Below, one piece after another: positions 24,901-39,900 of a DNA stretch of 64,000 nucleotides; position 1 is the stretch's first letter, and each line of letters begins with the position of its first letter. Both the position numbers and the translations under genes were made by a program. A model generated the notes under the pieces. The model had not been told where the DNA came from and ran no database searches. It saw only the letters and a list, made by a program, of their open reading frames with translations. Origin of the DNA: the human T2T-CHM13v2.0 reference genome, Homo sapiens; assembly GCF_009914755.1 (NCBI RefSeq), contig NC_060944.1; one strand, written 5' to 3'.

Positions 24901-27900
24901 GATTTCGTTGGAAACGGGAATGTCTTCATGTAAACTCTGGACAGAAGCATTCTCAGAAACTGCTTTGGGATGTTTCAATTGAAGTCCCAGTGTTGAACAT
25001 TCCCTTTCATAGAGCAGGTTTGAAACACTCTTTTTGTACTATCTGGAAGTGGACATTTGGAGCGCTTTCAGGTCTACGGTGAAAAAGGAGATATCTTCCA
25101 ATAAAAACTAGATAGAAGCAATGTCAGAACTTTTTTCATGATGTATCTACTCAGCAAACAGAGTTGAACCTTTCTTTTGAGAGAGCAGTTTTGAAACACT
25201 CTTTTTGTGGAATATGCAAGTGGGTATTAGGCCAGCTTGGAGGATTTCGTTGGAAACGGGAATACGTATAAAAAGCAGACAGCAGCATTGTCAGAAACTA
25301 CTTTGTGATGTTTGCATTCAAGTCACAGAATTGAACACTCCCTTTCACAGAGCAGGTTTGAAACACTCTTTTTGTAGTGTCTGTAAGTGAACATTTGGAT
25401 TGCTTTCAGGCCTAAGGTGAAAAAGGAAATATCTTCCCATAAAAACTAGACAGAAGCATTCTCAGAAACTTGTTTGTGATGTGTGCCCTCTACTGACAGA
25501 GTTGAACCTTTCTTTGCAAAGAGCAGTTTTGAAACACTCTTTTTGTAGAATCTGCAAGAGGATATTTGGATAGCTTTGAGGATTTCTTGGGAAACGGGAA
25601 TGTCTTCAGATAAACTCTAGACAGAAGCATTCTCAGAAACTTCTTTGGGATGTTTCAATTGAAGTCACAGTGTTGAACATTCCCTTTCACAGAGCAGGTT
25701 TGAAACACTCTTTTTGTAGTGTCTATAAGTGAACATTTGGCGTGCTTTCAGGCCTAACGTGAAAAAGGAAATATCTTCCCATAAAAACTAGACAGAAGCA
25801 TTCTCAGAAACTTGTTCTTGATGTGTCCCCTCTACTGACAGAGTTGAACCTTTCTTTGCAAAGAGCAGCTTTGAAACACTCTTTTTGTAGAATCTGCAAG
25901 AGGATATTTGGATAGCTTGGAGGATTTCGTTGGAAACGGGTATGTCTTCAGATAAACTCTAGACAGAAGCATTCTCAGAAACTTCTTTGGGATGTTGCAT
26001 TCAAGTCACAGAGTAGAACATTCCCATTCATAGAGCAGATTTGAAACACTCTTTTTGTAGTATCTGGAAGTGGACATTTGGAGCGCTTTCAGGCCTATGT
26101 TGAAAAAGGAAATATCTTCCCATAAAAACTAGACGGAAGCATTCTCAGAAACTTATTTGTGATGTGTTTGCTCAACTAACAGGATTGAACCATCGTTTTG
26201 AAGGAGCAGTTTTGAAACACTGTTTTCGTGGAATCTGCAAGTGGATATTTGGCTAGCTTTGAGGATTTCGTTGGAAACGGGATTACATATAAAAAGGAGA
26301 CAGCAGCATTCTCAGAAACTTCTTTGTGATGTCTGCATTCAATTCACAGAGTTGAGCATTCCCTTTCATAGAGCAGGTTGGAAACACTCTTTTTGTAGTA
26401 TCTGGATGAGGACATTTGGAGCGCTTTCAGGCGTATGGTGAAAAAGGAAATATCTTCCCGTAAAAACTAGACAGAAGCATTCTCAGAAGTTTATTTGTGA
26501 TGTGTGCCCTCAACTAACAGAGTTGAACCTTTCTTTTGATAGAGCAGTTTTGAAACACTCTTTTTGTAAAATCTGCAAGAGGATATTTGGATAGCTTTGA
26601 GGATTTCGTTGCAAACGGGAATGGCTTCATATAAACTCTAGACAGAAGCATTCTCAGAAACTTCGTTGGGATGTTTCGATTGAAGTCCCAGTGTTGAACA
26701 TTCCCTTTTATAGAGCAGGTTGGAAACACTCTTTCTGCATTCCCTGGAAGTGGACATTTGGAGCGCTTTCAGGACGACGGTGAAAATGGAAATATCTTCC
26801 AAGAAAATCTAGATAGAAGCAATGTCAGAAACTTTTATGTGATGGATCTACTCAGCTAACAGAGTTGAACCTTTCTTTTGAGAGAGCAGTTTTGCAACAC
26901 TCTTTTTGTGGAATATGCAAGTGGATATTAGGGCAGCTTTGAGGATTTCGTTGGAAACGGGAATACATGTAAAAAGCAGACAGCAGCATTCTCAGAAACT
27001 TCTTTGTGATGTTTGCATTGAAGTCACAGAGTTGAACATTCCCTTTGAGAGAGCAGGTTTGAAACACGCCTTTTGTCATATCTGGAAGTGTCCATTCGGA
27101 GCGCATTCAGGCTTGTGTTGAAAAAGGAAATATCCTCCCATAAAAACTAGACAGAAGCATTCTCAGAAACTTATCTGTGATGTATGTACTCAACTAACAG
27201 AACTAAACCATCGTTTTGAAGGAGCAGTTTTGAAACACTCTTTTTGCGGAATCTGCAAGTGGATATTTGGCTAGCTGGGAGGATTTCGTTGGAAACGGGA
27301 TTACATACAAAAAGCAGACAGCAGCATTCTCAGAAACTTCTTTGTGATGTTTGCATTCAAGTCACAGAGTTGAACATTCCCTTTCATAGAGCAGGTTTGA
27401 AACACTCTTTTTGTAGTATCTGGATGTGGACATTTGGATCGCTTTCAGGCCTATGGTGAAAAAGGAAATATCTTCCCATGAAGACTAGACAGAAGCATTC
27501 TCAGAAACTTATTTGTGATGTGTGCCCTCAACTGACAGTGTTGACCCTTTGTTTTGATAGAGCAGTTCTGAAACACACTTTTTGTAAAATCTGCAAGAGG
27601 ATATTTGGATAGCTTTGAGGATTTCGTTGGAAACGGGAATGTCTTCATGTAAACTCTAGACAGAAGCATTCTCAGAAACTGCTTTGGGATGTTTCAATTG
27701 AAGTCCCAGTGTTGAACATTCCCATTCATAGAGCAGGTTTGAAACACTCTTTTTGTACTATCTGGAAGTGGACATTTGGAGCGCTTTCAGGTCTACGGTG
27801 AAAAAGGAGATATCTTCCAATAAAAACTAGATAGAAGCAATGTCAGAACTTTTTTCATGATGTATCTACTCAGCAAACAGAGTTGAACCTTTCTTTTGAG

Positions 27901-30900
27901 AGAGCAGTTTTGAAACACTCTTTTTGTGGAATATGCAAGTGGGTATTAGGCCAGCTTGGAGGATTTCGTTGGAAACGGGAATACGTATAAAAAGCAGACA
28001 GCAGCATTGTCAGAAACTACTTTGTGATGTTTGCATTCAAGTCACAGAATTGAACACTCCCTTTCACAGAGCAGGTTTGAAACACTCTTTTTGTAGTGTC
28101 TGTAAGTGAACATTTGGATTGCTTTCAGGCCTAAGGTGAAAAAGGAAATATTTTCCCATAAAAACTAGACAGAAGCATTCTCAGAAACTTGTTTGTGATG
28201 TGTGCCCTCTACTGACAGAGTTGAACCTTTCTTTGCAAAGAGCAGTTTTGAAACACTCTTTTTGTAGAATCTGCAAGAGGATATTTGGATAGCTTTGAGG
28301 ATTTCTTGGGAAACGGGAATGTCTTCAGATAAACTCTAGACAGAAGCATTCTCAGAAACTTCTTTGGGATGTTTCAATTGAAGTCACAGTGTTGAACATT
28401 CCCTTTCACAGAGCAGGTTTGAAACACTCTTTTTGTAGTGTCTATAAGTGAACATTTGGCGTGCTTTCAGGCCTAACGTGAAAAAGGAAATATCTTCCCA
28501 TAAAAACTAGACAGAAGCATTCTCAGAAACTTGTTCTTGATGTGTCCCCTCTACTGACAGAGTTGAACCTTTCTTTGCAAAGAGCAGCTTTGAAACACTC
28601 TTTTTGTAGAATCTGCAAGAGGATATTTGGATAGCTTGGAGGATTTCGTTGGAAACGGGTATGTCTTCAGATAAACTCTAGACAGAAGCATTCTCAGAAA
28701 CTTCTTTGGGATGTTGCATTCAAGTCACAGAGTAGAACATTCCCATTCATAGAGCAGATTTGAAACACTCTTTTTGTAGTATCTGGAAGTGGACATTTGG
28801 AGCGCTTTCAGGCCTATGTTGAAAAAGGAAATATCTTCCCATAAAAACTAGACGGAAGCATTCTCAGAAACTTATTTGTGATGTGTTTGCTCAACTAACA
28901 GGATTGAACCATCGTTTTGAAGGAGCAGTTTTGAAACACTGTTTTCGTGGAATCTGCAAGTGGATATTTGGCTAGCTTTGAGGATTTCGTTGGAAACGGG
29001 ATTACATATAAAAAGGAGACAGCAGCATTCTCAGAAACTTCTTTGTGATGTCTGCATTCAATTCACAGAGTTGAGCATTCCCTTTCATAGAGCAGGTTGG
29101 AAACACTCTTTTTGTAGTATCTGGATGAGGACATTTGGAGCGCTTTCAGGCGTATGGTGAAAAAGGAAATATCTTCCCGTAAAAACTAGACAGAAGCATT
29201 CTCAGAAGTTTATTTGTGATGTGTGCCCTCAACTAACAGAGTTGAACCTTTCTTTTGATAGAGCAGTTTTGAAACACTCTTTTTGTAAAATCTGCAAGAG
29301 GATATTTGGATAGCTTTGAGGATTTCGTTGCAAACGGGAATGGCTTCATATAAACTCTAGACAGAAGCATTCTCAGAAACTTCGTTGGGATGTTTCGATT
29401 GAAGTCCCAGTGTTGAACATTCCCTTTTATAGAGCAGGTTGGAAACACTCTTTCTGCATTCCCTGGAAGTGGACATTTGGAGCGCTTTCAGGACGACGGT
29501 GAAAATGGAAATATCTTCCAAGAAAATCTAGATAGAAGCAATGTCAGAAACTTTTATGTGATGGATCTACTCAGCTAACAGAGTTGAACCTTTCTTTTGA
29601 GAGAGCAGTTTTGCAACACTCTTTTTGTGGAATATGCAAGTGGATATTAGGGCAGCTTTGAGGATTTCGTTGGAAACGGGAATACATGTAAAAAGCAGAC
29701 AGCAGCATTCTCAGAAACTTCTTTGTGATGTTTGCATTGAAGTCACAGAGTTGAACATTCCCTTTGAGAGAGCAGGTTTGAAACACGCCTTTTGTCATAT
29801 CTGGAAGTGTCCATTCGGAGGGCATTCAGGCTTGTGTTGAAAAAGGAAATATCCTCCCATAAAAACTAGACAGAAGCATTCTCAGAAACTTATCTGTGAT
29901 GTATGTACTCAACTAACAGAACTAAACCATTGTTTTGAAGGAGCAGTTTTGAAACACTCTTTTTGCGGAATCTGCAAGTGGATATTTGGCTAGCTGGGAG
30001 GATTTCGTTGGAAACGGGATTACATACAAAAAGCAGACAGCAGCATTCTCAGAAACTTCTTTGTGATGTTTGCATTCAAGTCACAGAGTTGAACATTCCC
30101 TTTCATAGAGCAGGTTTGAAACACTCTTTTTGTAGTATCTGGATGTGGACATTTGGATCGCTTTCAGGCCTATGGTGAAAAAGGAAATATCTTCCCATGA
30201 AGACTAGACAGAAGCATTCTCAGAAACTTATTTGTGATGTGTGCCCTCAACTGACAGTGTTGAACCTTTGTTTTGATAGAGCAGTTCTGAAACACACTTT
30301 TTGTGAAATCTGCAAGAGGATATTTGGATAGCTTTGAGGATTTCGTTGGAAACGGGAATGTCTTCATGTAAACTCTAGACAGAAGCATTCTCAGAAACTG
30401 CTTTGGGATGTTTCAATTGAAGTCCCAGTGTTGAACATTCCCTTTCATAGAGCAGGTTTGAAACACTCTTTTTGTACTATCTGGAAGTGGACATTTGGAG
30501 CGCTTTCAGGTCTACGGTGAAAAAGGAGATATCTTCCAATAAAAACTAGATAGAAGCAATGTCAGAACTTTTTTCATGATGTATCTACTCAGCAAACAGA
30601 GTTGAACCTTTCTTTTGAGAGAGCAGTTTTGAAACACTCTTTTTGTGGAATATGCAAGTGGGTATTAGGCCAGCTTGGAGGATTTCGTTGGAAACGGGAA
30701 TACGTATAAAAAGCAGACAGCAGCATTGTCAGAAACTACTTTGTGATGTTTGCATTCAAGTCACAGAATTGAACACTCCCTTTCACAGAGCAGGTTTGAA
30801 ACACTCTTTTTGTAGTGTCTGTAAGTGAACATTTGGATTGCTTTCAGGCCTAAGGTGAAAAAGGAAATATTTTCCCATAAAAACTAGACAGAAGCATTCT

Positions 30901-33900
30901 CAGAAACTTGTTTGTGATGTGTGCCCTCTACTGACAGAGTTGAAGCTTTCTTTGCAAAGAGCAGTTTTGAAACACTCTTTTTGTAGAATCTGCAAGAGGA
31001 TATTTGGATAGCTTTGAGGATTTCTTGGGAAACGGGAATGTCTTCAGATAAACTCTAGACAGAAGCATTCTCAGAAACTTCTTTGGGATGTTTCAATTGA
31101 AGTCACAGTGTTGAACATTCCCTTTCACAGAGCAGGTTTGAAACACTCTTTTTGTAGTGTCTATAAGTGAACATTTGGCGTGCTTTCAGGCCTAACGTGA
31201 AAAAGGAAATATCTTCCCATAAAAACTAGACAGAAGCATTCTCAGAAACTTGTTCTTGATGTGTCCCCTCTACTGACAGAGTTGAACCTTTCTTTGCAAA
31301 GAGCAGCTTTGAAACACTCTTTTTGTAGAATCTGCAAGAGGATATTTGGATAGCTTGGAGGATTTCGTTGGAAACGGGTATGTCTTCAGATAAACTCTAG
31401 ACAGAAGCATTCTCAGAAACTTCTTTGGGATGTTGCATTCAAGTCACAGAGTAGAACATTCCCATTCATAGAGCAGATTTGAAACACTCTTTTTGTAGTA
31501 TCTGGAAGTGGACATTTGGAGCGCTTTCAGGCCTATGTTGAAAAAGGAAATATCTTCCCATAAAAACTAGACGGAAGCATTCTCAGAAACTTATTTGTGA
31601 TGTGTTTGCTCAACTAACAGGATTGAACCATCGTTTTGAAGGAGCAGTTTTGAAACACTGTTTTCGTGGAATCTGCAAGTGGATATTTGGCTAGCTTTGA
31701 GGATTTCGTTGGAAACGGGATTACATATAAAAAGGAGACAGCAGCATTCTCAGAAACTTCTTTGTGATGTCTGCATTCAATTCACAGAGTTGAGCATTCC
31801 CTTTCATAGAGCAGGTTGGAAACACTCTTTTTGTAGTATCTGGATGAGGACATTTGGAGCGCTTTCAGGCGTATGGTGAAAAAGGAAATATCTTCCCGTA
31901 AAAACTAGACAGAAGCATTCTCAGAAGTTTATTTGTGATGTGTGCCCTCAACTAACAGAGTTGAACCTTTCTTTTGATAGAGCAGTTTTGAAACACTCTT
32001 TTTGTAAAATCTGCAAGAGGATATTTGGATAGCTTTGAGGATTTCGTTGCAAACGGGAATGGCTTCATATAAACTCTAGACAGAAGCATTCTCAGAAACT
32101 TCGTTGGGATGTTTCGATTGAAGTCCCAGTGTTGAACATTCCCTTTTATAGAGCAGGTTGGAAACACTCTTTCTGCATTCCCTGGAAGTGGACATTTGGA
32201 GCGCTTTCAGGACGACGGTGAAAATGGAAATATCTTCCAAGAAAATCTAGATAGAAGCAATGTCAGAAACTTTTATGTGATGGATCTACTCAGCTAACAG
32301 AGTTGAACCTTTCTTTTGAGAGAGCAGTTTTGCAACACTCTTTTTGTGGAATATGCAAGTGGATATTAGGGCAGCTTTGAGGATTTCGTTGGAAACGGGA
32401 ATACATGTAAAAAGCAGACAGCAGCATTCTCAGAAACTTCTTTGTGATGTTTGCATTGAAGTCACAGAGTTGAACATTCCCTTTGAGAGAGCAGGTTTGA
32501 AACACGCCTTTTGTCATATCTGGAAGTGTCCATTCGGAGGGCATTCAGGCTTGTGTTGAAAAAGGAAATATCCTCCCATAAAAACTAGACAGAAGCATTC
32601 TCAGAAACTTATCTGTGATGTATGTACTCAACTAACAGAACTAAACCATTGTTTTGAAGGAGCAGTTTTGAAACACTCTTTTTGCGGAATCTGCAAGTGG
32701 ATATTTGGCTAGCTGGGAGGATTTCGTTGGAAACGGGATTACATACAAAAAGCAGACAGCAGCATTCTCAGAAACTTCTTTGTGATGTTTGCATTCAAGT
32801 CACAGAGTTGAACATTCCCTTTCATAGAGCAGGTTTGAAACACTCTTTTTGTAGTATCTGGATGTGGACATTTGGATCGCTTTCAGGCCTATGGTGAAAA
32901 AGGAAATATCTTCCCATGAAGACTAGACAGAAGCATTCTCAGAAACTTATTTGTGATGTGTGCCCTCAACTGACAGTGTTGAACCTTTGTTTTGATAGAG
33001 CAGTTCTGAAACACACTTTTTGTGAAATCTGCAAGAGGATATTTGGATAGCTTTGAGGATTTCGTTGGAAACGGGAATGTCTTCATGTAAACTCTAGACA
33101 GAAGCATTCTCAGAAACTGCTTTGGGATGTTTCAATTGAAGTCCCAGTGTTGAACATTCCCTTTCATAGAGCAGGTTTGAAACACTCTTTTTGTACTATC
33201 TGGAAGTGGACATTTGGAGCGCTTTCAGGTCTACGGTGAAAAAGGAGATATCTTCCAATAAAAACTAGATAGAAGCAATGTCAGAACTTTTTTCATGATG
33301 TATCTACTCAGCAAACAGAGTTGAACCTTTCTTTTGAGAGAGCAGTTTTGAAACACTCTTTTTGTGGAATATGCAAGTGGGTATTAGGCCAGCTTGGAGG
33401 ATTTCGTTGGAAACGGGAATACGTATAAAAAGCAGACAGCAGCATTGTCAGAAACTACTTTGTGATGTTTGCATTCAAGTCACAGAATTGAACACTCCCT
33501 TTCACAGAGCAGGTTTGAAACACTCTTTTTGTAGTGTCTGTAAGTGAACATTTGGATTGCTTTCAGGCCTAAGGTGAAAAAGGAAATATCTTCCCATAAA
33601 AACTAGACAGAAGCATTCTCAGAAACTTGTTTGTGATGTGTGCCCTCTACTGACAGAGTTGAACCTTTCTTTGCAAAGAGCAGTTTTGAAACACTCTTTT
33701 TGTAGAATCTGCAAGAGGATATTTGGATAGCTTTGAGGATTTCTTGGGAAACGGGAATGTCTTCAGATAAACTCTAGACAGAAGCATTCTCAGAAACTTC
33801 TTTGGGATGTTTCAATTGAAGTCACAGTGTTGAACATTCCCTTTCACAGAGCAGGTTTGAAACACTCTTTTTGTAGTGTCTATAAGTGAACATTTGGCGT

Positions 33901-36900
33901 GCTTTCAGGCCTAACGTGAAAAAGGAAATATCTTCCCATAAAAACTAGACAGAAGCATTCTCAGAAACTTGTTTGTGATGTGTGCCCTCTACTGACAGAG
34001 TTGAACCTTTCTTTGCAAAGAGCAGTTTTGAAACACTCTTTTTGTAGAATCTGCAAGAGGATATTTGGATAGCTTTGAGGATTTCTTGGGAAACGGGAAT
34101 GTCTTCAGATAAACTCTAGACAGAAGCATTCTCAGAAAGTTCTTTGGGATGTTGCATTCAAGTCACAGAGTAGAACATTCCCATTCATAGAGCAGATTTG
34201 AAACACTCTTTTTGTGGTATCTGGAAGTGGACATTTGGAGCGCTTTCAGGCCTATGTTGAAAAAGGAAATATCTTCCCATAAAAACTAGACGGAAGCATT
34301 CTCAGAAACTTATTTGTGATGTGTTTGCTCAACTAACAGGATTGAACCATCGTTTTGAAGGAGCAGTTTTGAAACACTGTTTTCGTGGAATCTGCAAGTG
34401 GATATTTGGCTAGCTTTGAGGATTTCGTTGGAAACGGGATTACATATAAAAAGGAGACAGCAGCATTCTCAGAAACTTCTTTGTGATGTCTGCATTCAAT
34501 TCACAGAGTTGAGCATTCCCTTTCATAGAGCAGGTTGGAAACACTCTTTTTGTAGTATCTGGATGAGGACATTTGGAGCGCTTTCAGGCGTATGGTGAAA
34601 AAGGAAATATCTTCCCGTAAAAACTAGACAGAAGCCTTCTCAGAAGTTTATTTGTGATGTGTGCCCTCAACTAACAGAGTTGAACCTTTCTTTTGATAGA
34701 GCAGTTTTGAAACACTCTTTTTGTAAAATCTGCAAGAGGATATTTGGATAGTTTTGAGGATTTCGTTGCAAACGGGAATGGCTTCATATAAACTCTAGAC
34801 AGAAGCATTCTCAGAAACTTCGTTGGGATGTTTCGATTGAAGTCCCAGTGTTGAACATTCCCTTTTATAGAGCAGGTTGGAAACACTCTTTCTGCATTCC
34901 CTGGAAGTGGACATTTGGAGCGCTTTCAGGACGACGGTGAAAATGGAAATATCTTCCAAGAAAATCTAGATAGAAGCAATGTCAGAAACTTTTATGTGAT
35001 GGATCTACTCAGCTAACAGAGTTGAACCTTTCTTTTGAGAGAGCAGTTTTGCAACACTCTTTTTGTGGAATATGCAAGTGGATATTAGGGCAGCTTTGAG
35101 GATTTCGTTGGAAACGGGAATACATGTAAAAAGCAGACAGCAGCATTCTCAGAAACTTCTTTGTGATGTTTGCATTGAAGTCACAGAGTTGAACATTCCC
35201 TTTGAGAGAGCAGGTTTGAAACACGCCTTTTGTCATATCTGGAAGTGTCCATTCGGAGCGCATTCAGGCTTGTGTTGAAAAAGGAAATATCCTCCCATAA
35301 AAACTAGACAGAAGCATTCTCAGAAACTTATCTGTGATGTATGTACTCAACTAACAGAACTAAACCATCGTTTTGAAGGAGCAGTTTTGAAACACTCTTT
35401 TTGCGGAATCTGCAAGTGGATATTTGGCTAGCTGGGAGGATTTCGTTGGAAACGGGATTACATACAAAAAGCAGACAGCAGCATTCTCAGAAACTTCTTT
35501 GTGATGTTTGCATTCAAGTCACAGAGTTGAACATTCCCTTTCATAGAGCAGGTTTGAAACACTCTTTTTGTAGTATCTGGATGTGGACATTTGGATCGCT
35601 TTCAGGCCTATGGTGAAAAAGGAAATATCTTCCCATGAAAACTAGACAGAAGCATTCTCAGAAACTTATTTGTGATGTGTGCCCTCAACTGACAGTGTTG
35701 AACCTTTGTTTTGATAGAGCAGTTCTGAAACACACTTTTTGTAAAATCTGCAAGAGGATATTTGGATAGCTTTGAGGATTTCGTTGGAAACGGGAATGTC
35801 TTCATGTAAACTCTGGACAGAAGCATTCTCAGAAACTGCTTTGGGATGTTTCAATTGAAGTCCCAGTGTTGAACATTCCCTTTCATAGAGCAGGTTTGAA
35901 ACACTCTTTTTGTACTATCTGGAAGTGGACATTTGGAGCGCTTTCAGGTCTACGGTGAAAAAGGAGATATCTTCCAATAAAAACTAGATAGAAGCAATGT
36001 CAGAACTTTTTTCATGATGTATCTACTCAGCAAACAGAGTTGAACCTTTCTTTTGAGAGAGCAGTTTTGAAACACTCTTTTTGTGGAATATGCAAGTGGG
36101 TATTAGGCCAGCTTGGAGGATTTCGTTGGAAACGGGAATACGTATAAAAAGCAGACAGCAGCATTGTCAGAAACTACTTTGTGATGTTTGCATTCAAGTC
36201 ACAGAATTGAACACTCCCTTTCACAGAGCAGGTTTGAAACACTCTTTTTGTAGTGTCTGTAAGTGAACATTTGGATTGCTTTCAGGCCTAAGGTGAAAAA
36301 GGAAATATCTTCCCATAAAAACTAGACAGAAGCATTCTCAGAAACTTGTTTGTGATGTGTGCCCTCTACTGACAGAGTTGAACCTTTCTTTGCAAAGAGC
36401 AGTTTTGAAACACTCTTTTTGTAGAATCTGCAAGAGGATATTTGGATAGCTTTGAGGATTTCTTGGGAAACGGGAATGTCTTCAGATAAACTCTAGACAG
36501 AAGCATTCTCAGAAACTTCTTTGGGATGTTTCAATTGAAGTCACAGTGTTGAACATTCCCTTTCACAGAGCAGGTTTGAAACACTCTTTTTGTAGTGTCT
36601 ATAAGTGAACATTTGGCGTGCTTTCAGGCCTAACGTGAAAAAGGAAATATCTTCCCATAAAAACTAGACAGAAGCATTCTCAGAAACTTGTTCTTGATGT
36701 GTCCCCTCTACTGACAGAGTTGAACCTTTCTTTGCAAAGAGCAGCTTTGAAACACTCTTTTTGTAGAATCTGCAAGAGGATATTTGGATAGCTTGGAGGA
36801 TTTCGTTGGAAACGGGTATGTCTTCAGATAAACTCTAGACAGAAGCATTCTCAGAAACTTCTTTGGGATGTTGCATTCAAGTCACAGAGTAGAACATTCC

Positions 36901-39900
36901 CATTCATAGAGCAGATTTGAAACACTCTTTTTGTAGTATCTGGAAGTGGACATTTGGAGCGCTTTCAGGCCTATGTTGAAAAAGGAAATATCTTCCCATA
37001 AAAACTAGACGGAAGCATTCTCAGAAACTTATTTGTGATGTGTTTGCTCAACTAACAGGATTGAACCATCGTTTTGAAGGAGCAGTTTTGAAACACTGTT
37101 TTCGTGGAATCTGCAAGTGGATATTTGGCTAGCTTTGAGGATTTCGTTGGAAACGGGATTACATATAAAAAGGAGACAGCAGCATTCTCAGAAACTTCTT
37201 TGTGATGTCTGCATTCAATTCACAGAGTTGAGCATTCCCTTTCATAGAGCAGGTTGGAAACACTCTTTTTGTAGTATCTGGATGAGGACATTTGGAGCGC
37301 TTTCAGGCGTATGGTGAAAAAGGAAATATCTTCCCGTAAAAACTAGACAGAAGCATTCTCAGAAGTTTATTTGTGATGTGTGCCCTCAACTAACAGAGTT
37401 GAACCTTTCTTTTGATAGAGCAGTTTTGAAACACTCTTTTTGTAAAATCTGCAAGAGGATATTTGGATAGCTTTGAGGATTTCGTTGCAAACGGGAATGG
37501 CTTCATATAAACTCTAGACAGAAGCATTCTCAGAAACTTCGTTGGGATGTTTCGATTGAAGTCCCAGTGTTGAACATTCCCTTTTATAGAGCAGGTTGGA
37601 AACACTCTTTCTGCATTCCCTGGAAGTGGACATTTGGAGCGCTTTCAGGACGACGGTGAAAATGGAAATATCTTCCAAGAAAATCTAGATAGAAGCAATG
37701 TCAGAAACTTTTATGTGATGGATCTACTCAGCTAACAGAGTTGAACCTTTCTTTTGAGAGAGCAGTTTTGCAACACTCTTTTTGTGGAATATGCAAGTGG
37801 ATATTAGGGCAGCTTTGAGGATTTCGTTGGAAACGGGAATACATGTAAAAAGCAGACAGCAGCATTCTCAGAAACTTCTTTGTGATGTTTGCATTGAAGT
37901 CACAGAGTTGAACATTCCCTTTGAGAGAGCAGGTTTGAAACACGCCTTTTGTCATATCTGGAAGTGTCCATTCGGAGCGCATTCAGGCTTGTGTTGAAAA
38001 AGGAAATATCCTCCCATAAAAACTAGACAGAAGCATTCTCAGAAACTTATCTGTGATGTATGTACTCAACTAACAGAACTAAACCATCGTTTTGAAGGAG
38101 CAGTTTTGAAACACTCTTTTTGCGGAATCTGCAAGTGGATATTTGGCTAGCTGGGAGGATTTCGTTGGAAACGGGATTACATACAAAAAGCAGACAGCAG
38201 CATTCTCAGAAACTTCTTTGTGATGTTTGCATTCAAGTCACAGAGTTGAACATTCCCTTTCATAGAGCAGGTTTGAAACACTCTTTTTGTAGTATCTGGA
38301 TGTGGACATTTGGATCGCTTTCAGGCCTATGGTGAAAAAGGAAATATCTTCCCATGAAGACTAGACAGAAGCATTCTCAGAAACTTATTTGTGATGTGTG
38401 CCCTCAACTGACAGTGTTGACCCTTTGTTTTGATAGAGCAGTTCTGAAACACACTTTTTGTAAAATCTGCAAGAGGATATTTGGATAGCTTTGAGGATTT
38501 CGTTGGAAACGGGAATGTCTTCATGTAAACTCTAGACAGAAGCATTCTCAGAAACTGCTTTGGGATGTTTCAATTGAAGTCCCAGTGTTGAACATTCCCA
38601 TTCATAGAGCAGGTTTGAAACACTCTTTTTGTACTATCTGGAAGTGGACATTTGGAGCGCTTTCAGGTCTACGGTGAAAAAGGAGATATCTTCCAATAAA
38701 AACTAGATAGAAGCAATGTCAGAACTTTTTTCATGATGTATCTACTCAGCAAACAGAGTTGAACCTTTCTTTTGAGAGAGCAGTTTTGAAACACTCTTTT
38801 TGTGGAATATGCAAGTGGGTATTAGGCCAGCTTGGAGGATTTCGTTGGAAACGGGAATACGTATAAAAAGCAGACAGCAGCATTGTCAGAAACTACTTTG
38901 TGATGTTTGCATTCAAGTCACAGAATTGAACACTCCCTTTCACAGAGCAGGTTTGAAACACTCTTTTTGTAGTGTCTGTAAGTGAACATTTGGATTGCTT
39001 TCAGGCCTAAGGTGAAAAAGGAAATATTTTCCCATAAAAACTAGACAGAAGCATTCTCAGAAACTTGTTTGTGATGTGTGCCCTCTACTGACAGAGTTGA
39101 AGCTTTCTTTGCAAAGAGCAGTTTTGAAACACTCTTTTTGTAGAATCTGCAAGAGGATATTTGGATAGCTTTGAGGATTTCTTGGGAAACGGGAATGTCT
39201 TCAGATAAACTCTAGACAGAAGCATTCTCAGAAACTTCTTTGGGATGTTTCAATTGAAGTCACAGTGTTGAACATTCCCTTTCACAGAGCAGGTTTGAAA
39301 CACTCTTTTTGTAGTGTCTATAAGTGAACATTTGGCGTGCTTTCAGGCCTAACGTGAAAAAGGAAATATCTTCCCATAAAAACTAGACAGAAGCATTCTC
39401 AGAAACTTGTTCTTGATGTGTCCCCTCTACTGACAGAGTTGAACCTTTCTTTGCAAAGAGCAGCTTTGAAACACTCTTTTTGTAGAATCTGCAAGAGGAT
39501 ATTTGGATAGCTTGGAGGATTTCGTTGGAAACGGGTATGTCTTCAGATAAACTCTAGACAGAAGCATTCTCAGAAACTTCTTTGGGATGTTGCATTCAAG
39601 TCACAGAGTAGAACATTCCCATTCATAGAGCAGATTTGAAACACTCTTTTTGTAGTATCTGGAAGTGGACATTTGGAGCGCTTTCAGGCCTATGTTGAAA
39701 AAGGAAATATCTTCCCATAAAAACTAGACGGAAGCATTCTCAGAAACTTATTTGTGATGTGTTTGCTCAACTAACAGGATTGAACCATCGTTTTGAAGGA
39801 GCAGTTTTGAAACACTGTTTTCGTGGAATCTGCAAGTGGATATTTGGCTAGCTTTGAGGATTTCGTTGGAAACGGGATTACATATAAAAAGGAGACAGCA

